Positions 1-23,448 are shown, counted from the stretch's first letter. The stretch: DNA of 64,000 nt from Chrysomallon squamiferum (GCA_012295275.1 CM022675.1:930001-994000), one strand, 5' to 3'. Notes: generated by a model not told the origin, from the letters alone. Made by a program: numbers and translations.

Positions 1-57
1 AGATTGTGATTTAACACTACGCGGCGCTACACACTGTAGCATTATGTTATATATTAC

Positions 58-110
<53 letters not shown>

Positions 111-422
111 ACATTTAAACACTGAAAAACAGGAAGAGAATGAGAGAAAAAAGAAGAAATAAAGACAGAAAGAATGAAAGAAAGAAAATAGTAAACATGC
201 GCAGTTCTAAAAAATTCTTAAAATATTAAGACGTTAAGATTGAGCATGCGCGTTTAGGTGACGTAATTAAACTAATAAAAGCCAAATTATTTTTGTTTCA
301 TTTAGAAATCAAATCGTGCACGTGATAAACATTACGTTTAGTATTATGCACGTGCAGGAGGTTAAAAGGTTAGTATTATGCACGTGCAAGAGGCCAAGAG
401 GTCAAGGTTATGCGAGTTTCAC

Positions 423-7533
<7,111 letters not shown>

Positions 7534-7685
7534 CCTGTAAATACACAAATACATAAACACATAAATACATAAACACATAAATACATAAATAAATAAATAC
7601 GTAGATAAGAAAGTAAGTAAGTAAATAAATCAGTTTTGAATGAAGGAAACTGCTTTTTTTGTATATAGATAAACAGATGGATAGA

Positions 7686-7799
<114 letters not shown>

Positions 7800-8123
7800 A
7801 TAGATATATAACTAAGATGAAATACAGACAGACACATTCAGGTGAATACTAATATAAAGACAAAGTAAAGATTAAAAACATATAAATAATTATAGCAGGA
7901 GGCAGGTGGAAATATGTAGATAGACAAATAGAAACGCAAACAGTTACAAAAAGATACTACGAATAGAAGGATAGATACAGAGCCAGAAATATGGCTAGAT
8001 AGACAGACAACTATGGATAGAAATATAGACAGACAGACAGACAGAGATACAAGCAGAGATCGATGCCAGTGTGTAAGGACTGTTTATTTTAGTTTTATTT
8101 TAGTTTTATTTTCTTTAGGCATC

Positions 8124-8241
8124 CTGAATCCATTCAAGCTTTATTTTGAAATTAAACAGTGTTAGAAGCAGTTACGTGGTTTCAGTTGAAAGCGTCACAA
8201 ATAACTCTTTATATAAAATAATCATTTTAAACCATCAAGTA
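8124..8241 (+). repeat. Dispersed repeat, copy 1 (~120 bp)
   Basis: tgaatccattcaa...agaagcagttacgtggtttcagttgaaagcgtcacaaa...ttttaaaccatcaagta recurs at 22039-22168. Confidence 0.88.
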
Positions 8242-8321
8242 TCATTAAGACTGTCCCAGAGATGATTTAGCAAGACAGACAAACAAAGAGACAGACAAAC
8301 AAAGAGACAGACAGTCAGTCG

Positions 8322-8355
<34 letters not shown>

Positions 8356-10232
8356 GAGACAGATAAGAGAGATTTCATAGATAGACAGACAGAGAGATAT
8401 ATAGATTATATAGATAGATAGATAGGGAGATATGTTAGATAGATCGATGTATAGATAAAGAGATAGATAGAAAGATAAATAAATAAATAAATACACTGGT
8501 ATACTTTATAGAGACATAGATCGGGAGAGAGACAGACAGACACACATATGAACAGATAAACACATAGAGATATAGCTAAATAGATAAATACATAGATGGA
8601 TACATTGAACATACACAGAGAAACAGACAATTAAACAGACAGGTGAAATATATATATTCATATGTATACATACGCACAGATACTCAGAAGGACAGAAAGA
8701 GAGAAAGACAGACATACACACTGACAAATACATATATAAACAGATAACATCTATTTGCACTTAATGCATATGACGTGAACCGCATTTAGCAAGAAAAAAA
8801 ACACTGAGACAGAAAAAACGTTTTTAAAAGCTGTGTACAGATAAAAAGCGGTGAAAGCCAGGTCTGATACATCTCTGATTAGATTAAATGTTTCCTAAGC
8901 TTGCTGCAGGCTATTTACAGAAAACGTTTTAAAAAACCAGGTTGTAAACACAATTTTTTTTAATATAGATTATTTGATTATAATTATTGAAGATAAGTGT
9001 GCATGTAAGAATGCAGACAGAAATAAACTTACAAATGGATAGATAGACAGACATATAGACAGATAGACAGAGAAAGACAGATAGACTGACAGACGATATA
9101 CAGATAGATAAATAGATAGACAAATAAAAGAAACAAACGAACGACTGAATAAATAAAAGTAAAGAAATTAATAGCTATTAAATAAATCAAAGGTTAAAAA
9201 AATAAACTAAAATAAATAAATGAATAAATGGAGAAATGAAGGAATGGATGACTGATTGTAAAAATAACATATCACCAAAAAGAAACAAAAATAAAAATTG
9301 ATTTCCCAGTAGTTTGATTATAAACTTAAGAACTATTTTAAACTTATCACTTTTTCATCATCTCCAGTTTAATCCTTTTCCTTTTCTTTTCTTTCTTTCT
9401 TTCTCCAAAAATTATGTAATAATAAATTAAGGATTTTCGAATCAACAGACTATTACACGTTTACACGTTTACAAAACAGAATTTTGTTTCTGTGTATACC
9501 ATTATATATTATGCTTCGAATGTTTGTTTGCACGTGTGTGCATGTGTTTATGTATACAGTTGTGCACACGTATCTACGCTGTGAATGAAGTAACTCAACA
9601 GGGAAAAAAGGTTGAATAATTTAAAACATTTTAAAGATTACATTTTTACATCAAAACTTAGTTTCATTTTTAAATATCTAAAATTCCTCCAAATTTAACA
9701 AAAAAATCACCTACCTACCTTTTTTTTTTTTTCACGCACACACACACCAAGCCTTTGGTTGTTTTCTACATCACAAAATATATTTTTTTTACCTAAAGAC
9801 GACTGATTTAAAATTGACTGGTTCCGAGTTTAATCTCGAGTCTTTCTCGTCAGCAGTCTCTGCCTAGACTGACCCCCGTAAAAGCGTAACGCATTAAGAA
9901 CGAGCAGATGTCAACGAACGCGCTATAAAAATTCCGCGAAAATCAACGCGCTTAAAAAGGTTTTATGAGTCAATAAATTTGCAAGCTGCAGCTTTAGCGA
10001 ATTAATATGGATTGACAGTTAGACGTGTGACTGACATTTCTATATTTAATCCTATTTTTATATTTTATTTAAAAAAAATAAAAAATGATAATAAAATAAA
10101 AAAATATATATACAATTTTAAATGTTTAATGTCTTGAACCGTTTCGATTAAATTGTTTTCCTTCGGGATTTACTGTTTATCTATCTATCTGTCTATCTGT
10201 CTATCTATCTGTCTGTCTGTCTGTCTGTCTAT

Positions 10233-10294
<62 letters not shown>

Positions 10295-10636
10295 GTCTGT
10301 CTGTCTACTATCTATCAATTAAATTTAAATGCTGTACATTTAATGCTATCACGTTTTATTAAAAAAATTAATGCTTTTTAACTAAAACAATTAAAGTCAG
10401 TGAAACCGAAAAAATAAACATTCTGAAACCATAGCAACACCGAATCGGTTGGAAAATCCGAAATTTATAGACACTGAATCTGCAGGTACTGGACATTCCG
10501 CAACAAAGAAAAACTACAGCAGCAGGAGCAGCAACAACAGCAACAACAACATCATCAACAACAACAACATGATGATGATAATAATAATAATACAATACTT
10601 CTACTATTAGTAGTATTAGTAACATAACTAAAAGAG

Positions 10637-10674
<38 letters not shown>

Positions 10675-10997
10675 ATACAGAGATATAGAAGTAAAAATAA
10701 ATAAATAAATACATAAATAAAGATATTTTTCTTTCAAGTAAATTTTATTTGACGCGATTAAGGTTTTTGTGCGAAGAAAACGAACGAACAAAAAAAAATT
10801 AAAATAAAAATTTAGTGATTTAAGGACATACTGTTAAATTCCACAGTACCTAGCAACTAATGACGTAGACTGTGACGTCACGCATTTTATTATTTAAATA
10901 AATAGACTTTAATTTAGTTTTAGTTTAGTGAACCTACTAATGAAAATATATCTTTGTGTGTGCGTGCACCTACATTCAGTGTTTTGTTAGGTGTTTT

Positions 10998-11602
10998 TTT
11001 TATTATTATCATCATTATCATTGTTATCATCATCGTTATCTTCATCATCATCATTATTGTTATTATTATCAACATTATCATTATCATTAACATTATTATT
11101 GTCATCATTATTATTATCATTTTTATTATTATCATTTTTTATTATTATCATCATTTTTATTATTATTATCATCATTATTATTATTATTATCATTATTATC
11201 ATTATTATTATTCTTATTCTTCTTATTATTATCATTATTATAATTATTGTTATCATTGTTATCATTATTATTATTATCATCGCTATTGTCATCATTATTA
11301 TCTTTATTATTATTATTATCCTTATTATCCTTATTATTATTATCATCATCATCATCATCATCATTATTATTATTATCATTATCATCATCATCATTATTAT
11401 TATTGTTATCATTATCATCATTATCATCATCATCATTATTATCATTATTATTACTATTATTATTATTATCATTATCATCATTATTATTATTATTATTACT
11501 ATTATTATTATTATCATTATCATCATCATCATCATCATCATTATTATTATCATCATCATCATCATTATTATTATTATTATTATTGTTGTTATTATTACTA
11601 CT
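10998..11602. repeat. (ATT/ATC)n compound microsatellite, ~600 bp
   Basis: Direct reading. Confidence 0.97.
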
Positions 11603-13410
11603 GTGTCTGTGTGTTTCAGCGTGCACAGGCTAATAAAGAGTTTATATCTGTTTTACACAGCTCTGTCTGAGCGACATTAAACTTTATAAGTCCTCGCTGT
11701 CTGACGAATAAATTATTATTATTATTTTTTAAATTGTACGTCCAAAGGTAAACTTCGATATTTGCATTTTTACTGCAGCTTTTCTCAACAGTAAAATCAC
11801 ACTGAGGTGAGTAAATTAAAGTTTATATCTGTCTTTGTCTGTCTCGCTGGGTATTCCTGTATACAGATACTTTGTGCGTTCTCCTTTGTTAAAAATACCG
11901 TCTTATATTGTATGTACATTGACATATGAAAATTATTGTACATTAGTACGTATATGCATAAACACATATACGAAATCCACGAACACCCATAATTATACTT
12001 GCATCCATCAATCTACATACCTATATGCATGCATGAACACATTCATGCATTCGTCTGTCAATCCACAAACATATAACCATGTATGTACACATATCAGTAA
12101 CAAGTAATAATTCTTACGAACAGAGAGGTAAATGTTTTATAATTTAACTTATTTTAATACGTGTTACGTTGTTGTACATAAGTTTATCACGCACACACAA
12201 CACTCTCTATTATTAAATGTAGTCTGTTGATATAAAAGGTAACTCCGTGACGTAATTAATACCTATTACGTAATGTTGCTGCGTTACGATATTGATAAGG
12301 TTATCGTTGAAGATCAGTTAATAAGCAGAAGCGGACCTGTGATTGTTAACAGAGGAGATACGACATTACCATTACAACGACAACAACAGCTACTACATCT
12401 ATCAACTACCACTACTACTGAGCATAACAACTTCTACCACTAATTTTAATTACTGCAACCACTTCTACGACTATTCTATTACAACTATCGCTAACTGGTA
12501 CTACCATTATTGCCACTTCTACAACAACAACTACCACTACCAATAGTATTACTAACACAACAAAACTAGCAACAGCAACCTCGACTACAACTACCATTAC
12601 TGCTAACAACACAACCACAGCAACAGAGGAAGCAGCAACGACAACTACAACTACCATTACTACTACTACCACAATAACAGCAACAACAACAACAGCAGCA
12701 GCTACAACAAATATTACGATTATATTTCGTAATATTACAAAATTAATTTTCAGTAGCACCCTTCTAGACCCGCCGCTGGTTTTTACGATTCTTTTTATTG
12801 CAATCGATTAAGATGCTAGGTTTGATACCAGATGCCGAAACTCCTTTGATGTAAAGCTTAGATTGAAAATAATGACCTAATGACGTAACGACGTAATGAA
12901 CAATCTGCCACGTCATCAGACGGAGAGCAGTTATCTAATTAACATTTAATTAAAAGAGTAAATAGATCTGTAGACATCAGTATAAATAAAAATAAATAAT
13001 ATAAAACAATATATTTATTTATTTATATTTTTTTGGGGGAACATTTGATGGTTAATTTCTTTATTTATAGGTTTGAATTATTTGTTTATTTTTTCTTTGT
13101 TTAGTACTCAGTAAGACTGTTTATTTGTTTATTCACATTAAAATAGTTTTTTTTTTTCAAGTTTAAAACGAGGCAAAAATGTTTAAAATGCACGGAATGT
13201 CACGACGAGTAACGAAGCTTGCTTTATCGTCTAAATACACGGCTAACGGCATTTCAGTCGATTATTTGTTTGAATAAAAGCGATCTCGCTGTTTACTCGT
13301 AGCAGAGTGCAACACAAGAATGTGTACAATGTGAGTTACGTGTCGACTCGTCTCCACTGCAAATACAGCTACTGGAGAATATACAGTTACACTGCCAGTA
13401 GTGTGTGTAA

Positions 13411-13412
<2 letters not shown>

Positions 13413-13508
<96 letters not shown>

Positions 13509-13870
13509 AGAAAGAGAGAGAGAAAGAGAGAGAGAATAACAGTGAGAAAGAAAAAGAGAGACAGAATAAGAGAGAGAATGAGAGAGAGAGAAAGAGACAG
13601 AGAACAAGAGAGAGAGAGAGAGAAAGAGCGAGAGAATAAGAGAGAGAAAGACAGAGAATAACGGAGAGAGCGAGAGAGAGAATAAGAGAGAGAGAAAGAG
13701 AGAGAGAATAAGAGAGAGAGCGAGAGAGAGAGACAAACATAATCTGAGTAAGAGAGACAGAAAGAGAAAAAGTGAGACACAGGAGTGAAAAAGATAGAGT
13801 GAGAGAGAGACAGAGAATGAAAGAAAAAAGAAAGTGAGAGAAAGAAATTAAGAGAGAGGGAGAAAGACAG
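13413..13870. repeat. (GA)n and degenerate polypurine tract
   Basis: Direct reading; a similar tract lies at 14790-15065. Confidence 0.95.
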
Positions 13871-15028
13871 CGGTAACGAGAGAGATATGTAGATGTGTAA
13901 AGAGATGAATGTTGTAGATACAAATTATCTCTCTTTGTCTCTCTCTCTCGCTAAAAAAATAAAAAAACGAGAGGGGGGATGAGGATGAGGATGAAATAAA
14001 AGAAAACCACCACCCAAAATATTCCGAATTTTCCTCTTGACAAAACACAATTACATCTTTGAATAAACGTAAGCGATCCGCCCTCATAAAAAAAAACCTC
14101 TCTCTCTCTATGGAGCGTAACGCAAATGTAATTTGTAAGTAATCGGACTACAAATGCACTGGTAATTCATCCTCACAATCAACCCACTTGCACCAGTCTC
14201 GACAATCTGGCGAGTACATTTTTCATCACTTAATAAACACTTTTCACGTAAACTCTTCAAGCAGAAGCGAGGCGGGTTTGCTGAAGAGATCAGAGAAACT
14301 TTGCACCTGTAAAACTGACATTAAAAATGATTTTGCAATCATGAACAACCCTGAATGAATTAAATATCAGCGATGGAGACACAGTTTAAAAAGGTAAAGA
14401 GCAAGAAATGAATATAATAACATGCAGATAGATATTTTTAATGACTTAAATATTAATTTATTCATGTATTCTGTGCTATTGTTGCCGTTATTATTATTAA
14501 TTTGCATTTGATGTCTTCCGATAGAAATTTCATAATATTCAGAAATTCATGCTGTAGTGAGTGAGTGACCCAGAGTGTAGAATTCAGTGTGTGTGTGTAT
14601 TTGACTGTGTCAGCATGTCTGTGTGTGCAAGTGTCTGTCAGTGTTTAGGTCTGTTTTTATTTAAGAGTATGTGTGAGTATGGAAAAACAGACAAAAATGA
14701 ATAAAATTAAAAACAGAGTGAAGCAGATAGATGGACAAACAGACAGATTATTTTTTATTTCAGTTTAACTCGATGGTAGAGATTTGAATAGGAGACAGAG
14801 AGAGGGAGAGAGAAAGAGAAAAAGAGACAGAAAGAGAGAGAAAAGAGAGAGAGAGGACAGAAAGAGTGAGACAAAAAGAGAGAGAGAGAAAGAAAGAGAA
14901 AAGAGAGAAAGAGAGAGACACATAAAGAGAGAGCCAGAAAAAGAGACAGACAGAGAGAGAGACAGAGAAAGAGAGAGAGACACAGAGAGGGAAAGAGAAA
15001 GAAACAGAGAAAGAGAAAGAGAGAGAAA

Positions 15029-15059
<31 letters not shown>

Positions 15060-15218
15060 CACAGAGAGTTTGACCCACATATAAAACATGCAAACTGGTA
15101 CACAGATCTTATCTGAATGTAAGTCAGTGATAAACGAGATCATAAAACTGACAGAGAAGCACGTCTGTGTCAACATCATCCATCACAACGTCTCTTAACT
15201 TTCTTTTTATATATACAC

Positions 15219-15310
<92 letters not shown>

Positions 15311-15396
15311 TGTATCTAGCTCTCAAGCAATTATTTCAAGAACTAATATATAAAATAAAAAAATTCGGATCACATTCCGTAAGAATAACAATGAAG

Positions 15397-15473
<77 letters not shown>

Positions 15474-15891
15474 AATAAGTAAATAAAAAAACATACAAAA
15501 AACAAAAAAAAACACAACAACAACAAAGAAATAAACAAAGAAATTAACAGATAAAGAAGTAAAGAAGTAAGTAAGTAAACAAATAAATAAATAATAATAA
15601 TAAAAAGAAAACATATATATTATTCGTACGAATAATTATTTGTCAGAATGACATTTTACACTTTTTTTTCCAAATACTGGACACGCCCCTGGCTTTTAAC
15701 CCCGACCCTATCTGTAACAGAAATCTAACAAGACCACAACCTACTTTATTGCCTTACTAAGCCGACCCGCCCCTAGCAGTATATACAGAACCGCCCCTGG
15801 GCCGGGTATCACCTGCTGAATCTATTGTAGCGTATAAGGAATGTAGTACGTACGTAATATGCAAACACAAAAAGACTGCAACAATAACGTA

Positions 15892-15944
<53 letters not shown>

Positions 15945-16257
15945 TAATAATAAAAACAACGCCTTAAAATCTTCACGATAAATCGTTGTTAGCGGAAACG
16001 CCTACTTTTCGCGTATGATAATACATGACGTATTGTTGAACAATGACTTGCGAACCACGCCTCAACGTCATTACGATAATAGGATGTTAATGGAAACGCG
16101 TGCATTTCAGACGTGATAGCGTATGACGTCACCGCGTAGGGGTCCGCTGGCAAATAATGAGTGTAATGAACGACACACTCATAAATAAAGATGAAAGATT
16201 TCCACAGCAGAGAGTGATATGAATATAAAGTTTCTTATATTTGTAGATGAAAAGGAA

Positions 16258-16459
16258 CAATAGCAGCAGCAGCAGCAGCAGCAACAGTAACAGTAGTAGT
16301 AGTAGTAGCAGTAGTAGTAGTAGTAGTAGCAGTAGTAGTAGCAGTACTAGTGGTAGTAGTAGCAGCAGCAGCAGTAGTAGTAGTAGCAGTAGTAGTAATA
16401 GTAGTAGCAGTAGCAGTAGTAGTAGTAGCAGTAGTAGTAGCAGTACTAGTGGAAGTAGT

Positions 16460-16491
<32 letters not shown>

Positions 16492-16872
16492 AAGCAGCAG
16501 CAAAAGTAGTAGTAGTAGTAGCAGTAGTAATAGAAGTAGTAGTAGTAGTAGTAGTAGAAGTAACAGCAACGGCATTAATAATAGTAATAGTAGTAGCGGC
16601 AGCAGTAGTAATAGAGATAGTAATAGTAGAAGTAATAGTAGTGGTAATAATGACAGTAGTAATAGTAGAAGTAATAGTAGTGGTAATAATGACAGTAGTA
16701 ATAGTACTAGTAGTAGGAGTAGTAGTAGCAGTAGTAGTAGTAGTAATGGTAATAGTAGCAATAACAGAAGTACTACCAGAACTGGCAGAGGTGGTAATGT
16801 CGTAGTAGTAGTCGTAATAGTAATAACAGCAGTAGTAACAGATATAGTAGTGGTAGTAATAGTAATAGTAAT
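16258..16872. repeat. (AGT/AGC)n compound microsatellite, ~600 bp
   Basis: Direct reading. Confidence 0.97.
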
Positions 16873-17367
16873 TGTTTATCAGTAATAATGGTTGCTGTTA
16901 TTTATGAAACAAAATTCTTTGTAAAACTTAGAATGGAAAACAAATCATACTTACAGCTGTTTAGGCGGATTACAAAAACAAAACACCAATTTTTCAAAAA
17001 TTCACCTTCTATTATACTATATGTTCTTCCTGCCCCAGTGACTAATTGTTATCTTTGTAACAACATCCTGTACACCAAACTAACCTTTTTCTCACATAAC
17101 ACAGTCGACAGAAAACTCAAAACGTTTGAGATAAGAGAAAGTGTTTTTGCTTGTTTTTATTATGTGTTGTTTTTGGTCAGTAGGTCGATGAACCAATTGT
17201 ACGCCATGTAATGACAGTTCAATCACGCCTGTACTGGGTAGTCAAGAAGTGCGTTGTCTGTCCGAAACAGTAGTAGTGTTAGTATGTTAGAAGAGAGTAG
17301 AGTATTAACAATATACGCCATTGACTTAGGAAACAAATTGAACTGGCTAATTGGATTTCACTGCATA

Positions 17368-17498
<131 letters not shown>

Positions 17499-18028
17499 AA
17501 CGTTCCTGCTTCAGAACGCGTAGGAATACAAATCAGTGTTTACAAAAATGGCTGCCGAAGACAACTGTGACACCTGATTGTTTAGGGAGGACTCGAAGTC
17601 AGAATCGAATATTGTGAATATCTCATGTAGCTAACTCAAGTGACAGGTGACAGAAATAGAAAAAAAATAAAAAAATATAAATAAAATAGGAAGAAAATTT
17701 AGAAGTTGAACAGTGGGAGAATTTACGATAACTGAAATACAGATAGACATATTAATAAATGGACAGACGGACATACGTACATTCAGACAGAGAAGAAGAC
17801 AAAATAAAGAGAAACTGATTGAAGACTTCAGATACACACATCTAACATTTATCGTTTTAAACAACATTATCAGTGTTCATGAATAAACTGTTATTTTACT
17901 ACTACTAATTAAATAATTACTCCATAATTAGCTAGATAATTAACAATAAAACCAGTAATATCAAAAAGGTTATGATCATGATGATAACACAGAACAATAA
18001 CAAAAACAACAATAATAAAGGTAATAGT

Positions 18029-18078
<50 letters not shown>

Positions 18079-19483
18079 TGATGATGATGATGATGATGAT
18101 AATAATAATAACAATAATTTGTAATAATAATAGGTGGTAGTAGAGGTAGTAATGATGATGATGGTGAAAATGATGATCATGATAACGAAACAGGAGGAAT
18201 GTTATATGGAGAGCGAGAGAAAACAAAAGAAAAAAGAGTAAAAACAGCAAGCATGCTAGAACTCACGTTCATTTCAGTTTGTGTCTGTCTGACATGACCA
18301 ACTCTTAGAAACAAAAAAATCCTTGAAATTCAGTTTCCATACAAAAAACGAAAAAAAAAAAAAATAATAAAAATGTAAACACACTTTCTTCCGAATTCAA
18401 ATCCACAGTTTGAAGCGGTCAGGAATAAGAGAGAAAAAAAAAAAGAGAAAAAAAAACAACAACCGGAGAATACGAAATCAAAGTCGATTTTTGCGAATTT
18501 CGTACTGAAAAGCTTGTTGTGTTTGCTGATGAGATCCTCGTGTACACGAGCAGATTGGCGCGCGCGGAGTCAGGTTGTGCAGGTGCAAACAGTCACAGGC
18601 GTGCAAAGACCTGAACAAACACGTCTGCTTTCGACCCGTTCCTCGTATGCTTTGGATCGCACACAAAGGTTGGAAATAAGGAACAGAATAGAACCGTTTG
18701 GTTGGAGCGTTAACAAAAATAGGTGGAATTAATTAAGAAAAAGCACGGGGTTTACGTTTGTACTCAAGAGAATATAAAAAGAGAAATTAAGAGGAATTAA
18801 AAAATCAAATAGACTGAGTTGCGACACAGAATGCGCTCAATGTCCGGTATTTTTTTTTTTTTTTTTCACTTGTGTTTCGTTTCCGGGTTTCACTGGGCAG
18901 GGGTTTTGTTGTTCAAGTATTTAGCGCCCCCTGGTGATAGCTTGATTAACATTCTCAGCTCTGTGGGTAAATGTTTGTTGTTAACAGAAAATAACAAAAA
19001 CAAAATAGATAAATAAATAAATAAATAATATAAATAAAATAAAATAAAACAAAAATCAAAGAATAAATGAAAACGTAGTAATAGAAATAATATTACTAGT
19101 ACTAGTATTATTATTACAGAAGTAGTAGTTGTAATAAAAGCAGTATTAGCAGTAGAATCTGGACTAGTACTAATAGTAGTAGTAGTAGTTGCAGTAGTTG
19201 CAGAAAAGTAGTAGTATTACTAGCAATGCTAACAGCGGTACAAGAATGGTATAGATAGCTGTAATTTAGAATTATTGTAGTGACAGTAACAAAACTGGTA
19301 GTAAAGATGGTTGTTCTAATAATAGTAGTAGTGGTAACTATTGTAGTAGTAGTAGTAGTAATAGCAGTAGAAATAGCAGTAAAGGCAATGCTAGCAGTAG
19401 TAATAGCATTGGTAGTTATGGTGTTACTAGTAATAGTTACAATACTATTAATAACAGTAGTTGTAGAAACAGTAGTGGTAATC

Positions 19484-19537
<54 letters not shown>

Positions 19538-19993
19538 TAATAATAATTAAACGTTTGAGTGTAAGTGAATATGCGTGATTATGATACGTCTGTTTATACG
19601 TAGCATTTCTGTCAGTTCATTTTAACAGGTACAAGTTCCACTGAATAATAATATCATTATATGACAAAACTCGACAAATAAAAATTTAACTGAACTTTTT
19701 TCTTCTTTTTAAAAAAAAAAAAAAATGCGTTTCCTCCAATTCTGCGGAGCTAATTATGCGGAGGTGTGATTTTGTGACGTCACAAAGGATTACATTGTAA
19801 AACAGCTATTTTCAGCGTGTTAACAAGACGAGGTACTTGTCACGTGTTGCAAGTTTCGGCTTAAGCGTCAGCAAACAGCTATAGCTTATCACATACTGTG
19901 CGATTTGTCATAACCATCCGCGTGGAATTATTACAAATTCAGTAAAGAAAAGGAAATTACAAAAAAATAATAATAATAATAATAAAATAATAA

Positions 19994-20076
<83 letters not shown>

Positions 20077-21798
20077 TGAAAAATACAATTAAAATGTAAA
20101 GAATAAATGGATAAGTTTATATTTCAGTATATTTTTCATTTCACTGACATTTACAGGACAATAATCCAGTTAGTGAAAGGTTAAAATGAAATAAAATAAA
20201 ATAAAATAAAATAAAATAAAATAAATAAATAATGAACATAAATAAATAAAAGCTATAAATTATTGTTATTATTTCCACATTAAAAAGAGTTTGGAAAAAC
20301 CTGATTTATTTTTAGCATCAAACGTCATGTGACGTATTTATGACATATAATAAATTAAAAATACAAGAGAATCACGTGAAGGTGACACAGTAATTTATAA
20401 ACACAGCCTGACAAGTGGGGGGGGGGGACAGAACGTGCAGCAGGAAAATTAATTAAACACGCATGAAAAAACAAGGAAGAAAAATAAGATAAATAAGAAA
20501 AAAAAAACCCAATGAAAAAGTGATTAAAAATAATAATAATAATAATAACAACAACAACAACAACAACATCATTAATAATAATAATAATAATAATAAATAA
20601 TTAAAACAGTATAAGAAGCAAATATATATATACTGTGGAATACAACAGAAAGAAGTGTATTAATATATACATATATACATACATACACACACACGTACAC
20701 ACATATACGTGCATACTCCACTTATATACATACATATATTAATGCATATACACACATATATTATATATATATATATATATATGCATATGCATACAAAGGT
20801 ACATCGATCATACATTTATATTAACACATATATACGTAGATACATATACACATACACACAAATTATACACACACCACTCGTTCACGTAAACATACGCACA
20901 CACACGTGTATATCACACACACACACATCTTTATATTTAAAAACAGACGATTTTTTTGTTTTTCTGTTTAAAAACTACTGAGTCATTGTGGGTCACGCGC
21001 AGTTTATAAAAAAATTCAACACACAAGTAGAAATAATCTTAAACAGTTTAAATTCTGACGTTTTTATTACGTTTTGCGGATTAATCTGTCAAGTTTTTAA
21101 AACTTCACACTTCCTAAAACATGTCTCTGCTTCAGATTAGTCTACAGGTAACATGAAGTTACAGCTGACACACACAGTAATTGTTGTGTAGATTTTAACG
21201 ACTTTATGCCGCTGTTGACAATGCAATCATCATGATGATTCTAAATATAGAAAACTTTGACAGGGAAAATAATAACTAGTTTCCAAGTAATTAAACATTT
21301 ATTATTTACTTCCTTAAACATTACTGAGGAAAAATGTGAAGAAATTTTGAAGAAGAGAATAACAACAGATCACTGTGAGAAACTGAATAACAACAACAAT
21401 AACAACAAAAACAATAATAATATGAATAAGAACAAAACAAAATTAGCCATAACATACTGGTAAAAATAATGACAACGACGACAACAGTAACAGCTATGAC
21501 AACAATAAAATACGAATACAAATAACAGTAAGAAAACAACATCAAAAACATAATAATAATAATAATAATATACTACTAATAATAATAATATAATAAAAAT
21601 AATATAATAACAACAACAACAACAACAACAACAACAACGACTCATTACTATCACTACTTTAAATTTGTTTTTATGCTGAGTGACTCACAAACTGCGATGT
21701 TGCTATATTTAGGTTTTGCACGTTGCAGTTTTTAAAATTTACGAGAACGCCGCCAGTTATAATAAATGGACATTGCTTTGTCCTAAAATAAATCACAA

Positions 21799-21841
<43 letters not shown>

Positions 21842-21855
21842 ACGTACATACAATG

Positions 21856-21926
<71 letters not shown>

Positions 21927-22038
21927 TTGTATTAGGTGAACGTATGAATGTATCTGTGAGAAACATGTGCATTTAGGTGACCTGAAGAAAAATATTTGGT
22001 TAAAAAATTTGTCATAGTTAGATTTTCTCTCTGCTTCT

Positions 22039-22168
22039 TGAATCCATTCAAACTTTGTTTTGAAATTAAACAGCGTAAGAAGCAGTTACGTGGTTTCAGT
22101 TGAAAGCGTCACAAACAAGTCACAAATAACTCTATCTACATAAAATAGTCATTTTAAACCATCAAGTA
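22039..22168 (+). repeat. Dispersed repeat, copy 2
   Basis: Near-identical to 8124-8241, with a small internal duplication (gtcacaaa). Confidence 0.88.
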
Positions 22169-22685
22169 ACACTGACAGAGAACGACAGATAGAAAGATAA
22201 AAGATAAATAGATAAACACACATACAGACAAAACTGTAGTAGACGGACAAACAGCTAGACAGATCTACATTATATAAATATAGATAAATATAGATAGATA
22301 GACTGACTGATTGATTGATTGATATAGAGATGTATGGATAGTCAGATAAACTGATAGAGTGATAGATACATAGATAAACAGACAGATGGATACAGATATA
22401 TAGATATAGATAGATTATAGAGACAGACAGACAGACAGACGGACGGACGGACGGACAGACAGACTAACAGACAGACAGATAGACAGATAGAGATAGAGAG
22501 ATGCAGAGAGATAGACGTAGATATAGATAGATGGATAGATATAGATATATAGATACAGATTGATATAGATAGATATAGAGACAGACAGACCGATAGACAG
22601 ACACAGATACAGATAGATACATACATCCATACAGATAGAGAGATAGACGTAGATATATATAGATGGATAGATAGATAGATATATG

Positions 22686-22719
<34 letters not shown>

Positions 22720-23411
22720 TAGATAGATTAGATAGATAGATACAGATAGATAGATAGATAGAGAGACAGACAGACAGAGATATATAGATATTTAGAATTG
22801 TGATGGGTAAGACGCTAAAGTTGAAATGTAATTTTTATTTTATCTTCATATTTTGTTTTATTAGCGATGACAAGCCAGTAAGAACATATAAAATAATAAT
22901 GTGTAAGTTTAAAGCTATATTTAGACCATTTATATTTTTTCCGTCAAAATAAGACTTGAAGTAACTTGCTATGCAAAAACTGGGTCAGTACATTTTTGGA
23001 CACGTATAAAAATCAGTATGTCAAAATAATGTCTGTTAATATTATTAACTGAAATTAGAAGAAATTGAACACACCAACTAATGAGATAAATTAATGATTG
23101 TATAATGAAGATAAGAGTAAGCCTTTTCGCACTGGGATAAACTTGGTACAGTTGTGATATTGGAGACTGGTTAAGATCAGGGAGTGCTGCTCAGATAGTA
23201 ATTGGTTGTAATTTGTGTGTAGCTGTGATTTCCTGAATGTCTGTGGTTAGTAAATTGTGTACATAAATAAGTTAATGAATGAACAATTAATTGCTATAAT
23301 AGTGAATAAATAAGTAAGTTAACGAATGGATATATAATGAGTAAATAATGAGTAAGTAACTGTGTATGTAAGATGTATGTATATATATTTCGCACTCTAT
23401 AGAAATTTGTC

Positions 23412-23448
<37 letters not shown>

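Noticed and set aside
10920-11680. Long ORFs in several frames (poly-Ile/Tyr/His/Asn/Asp)
   Set aside because: Translations of the (ATT/ATC)n microsatellite; no splice or domain support.
13262-15179. LS/ER-repeat ORFs
   Set aside because: Translations of GA/TC tracts.
16129-16885. 210-212 aa poly-Ser and poly-Leu ORFs
   Set aside because: Artefact of the (AGT/AGC)n tract, open on both strands.
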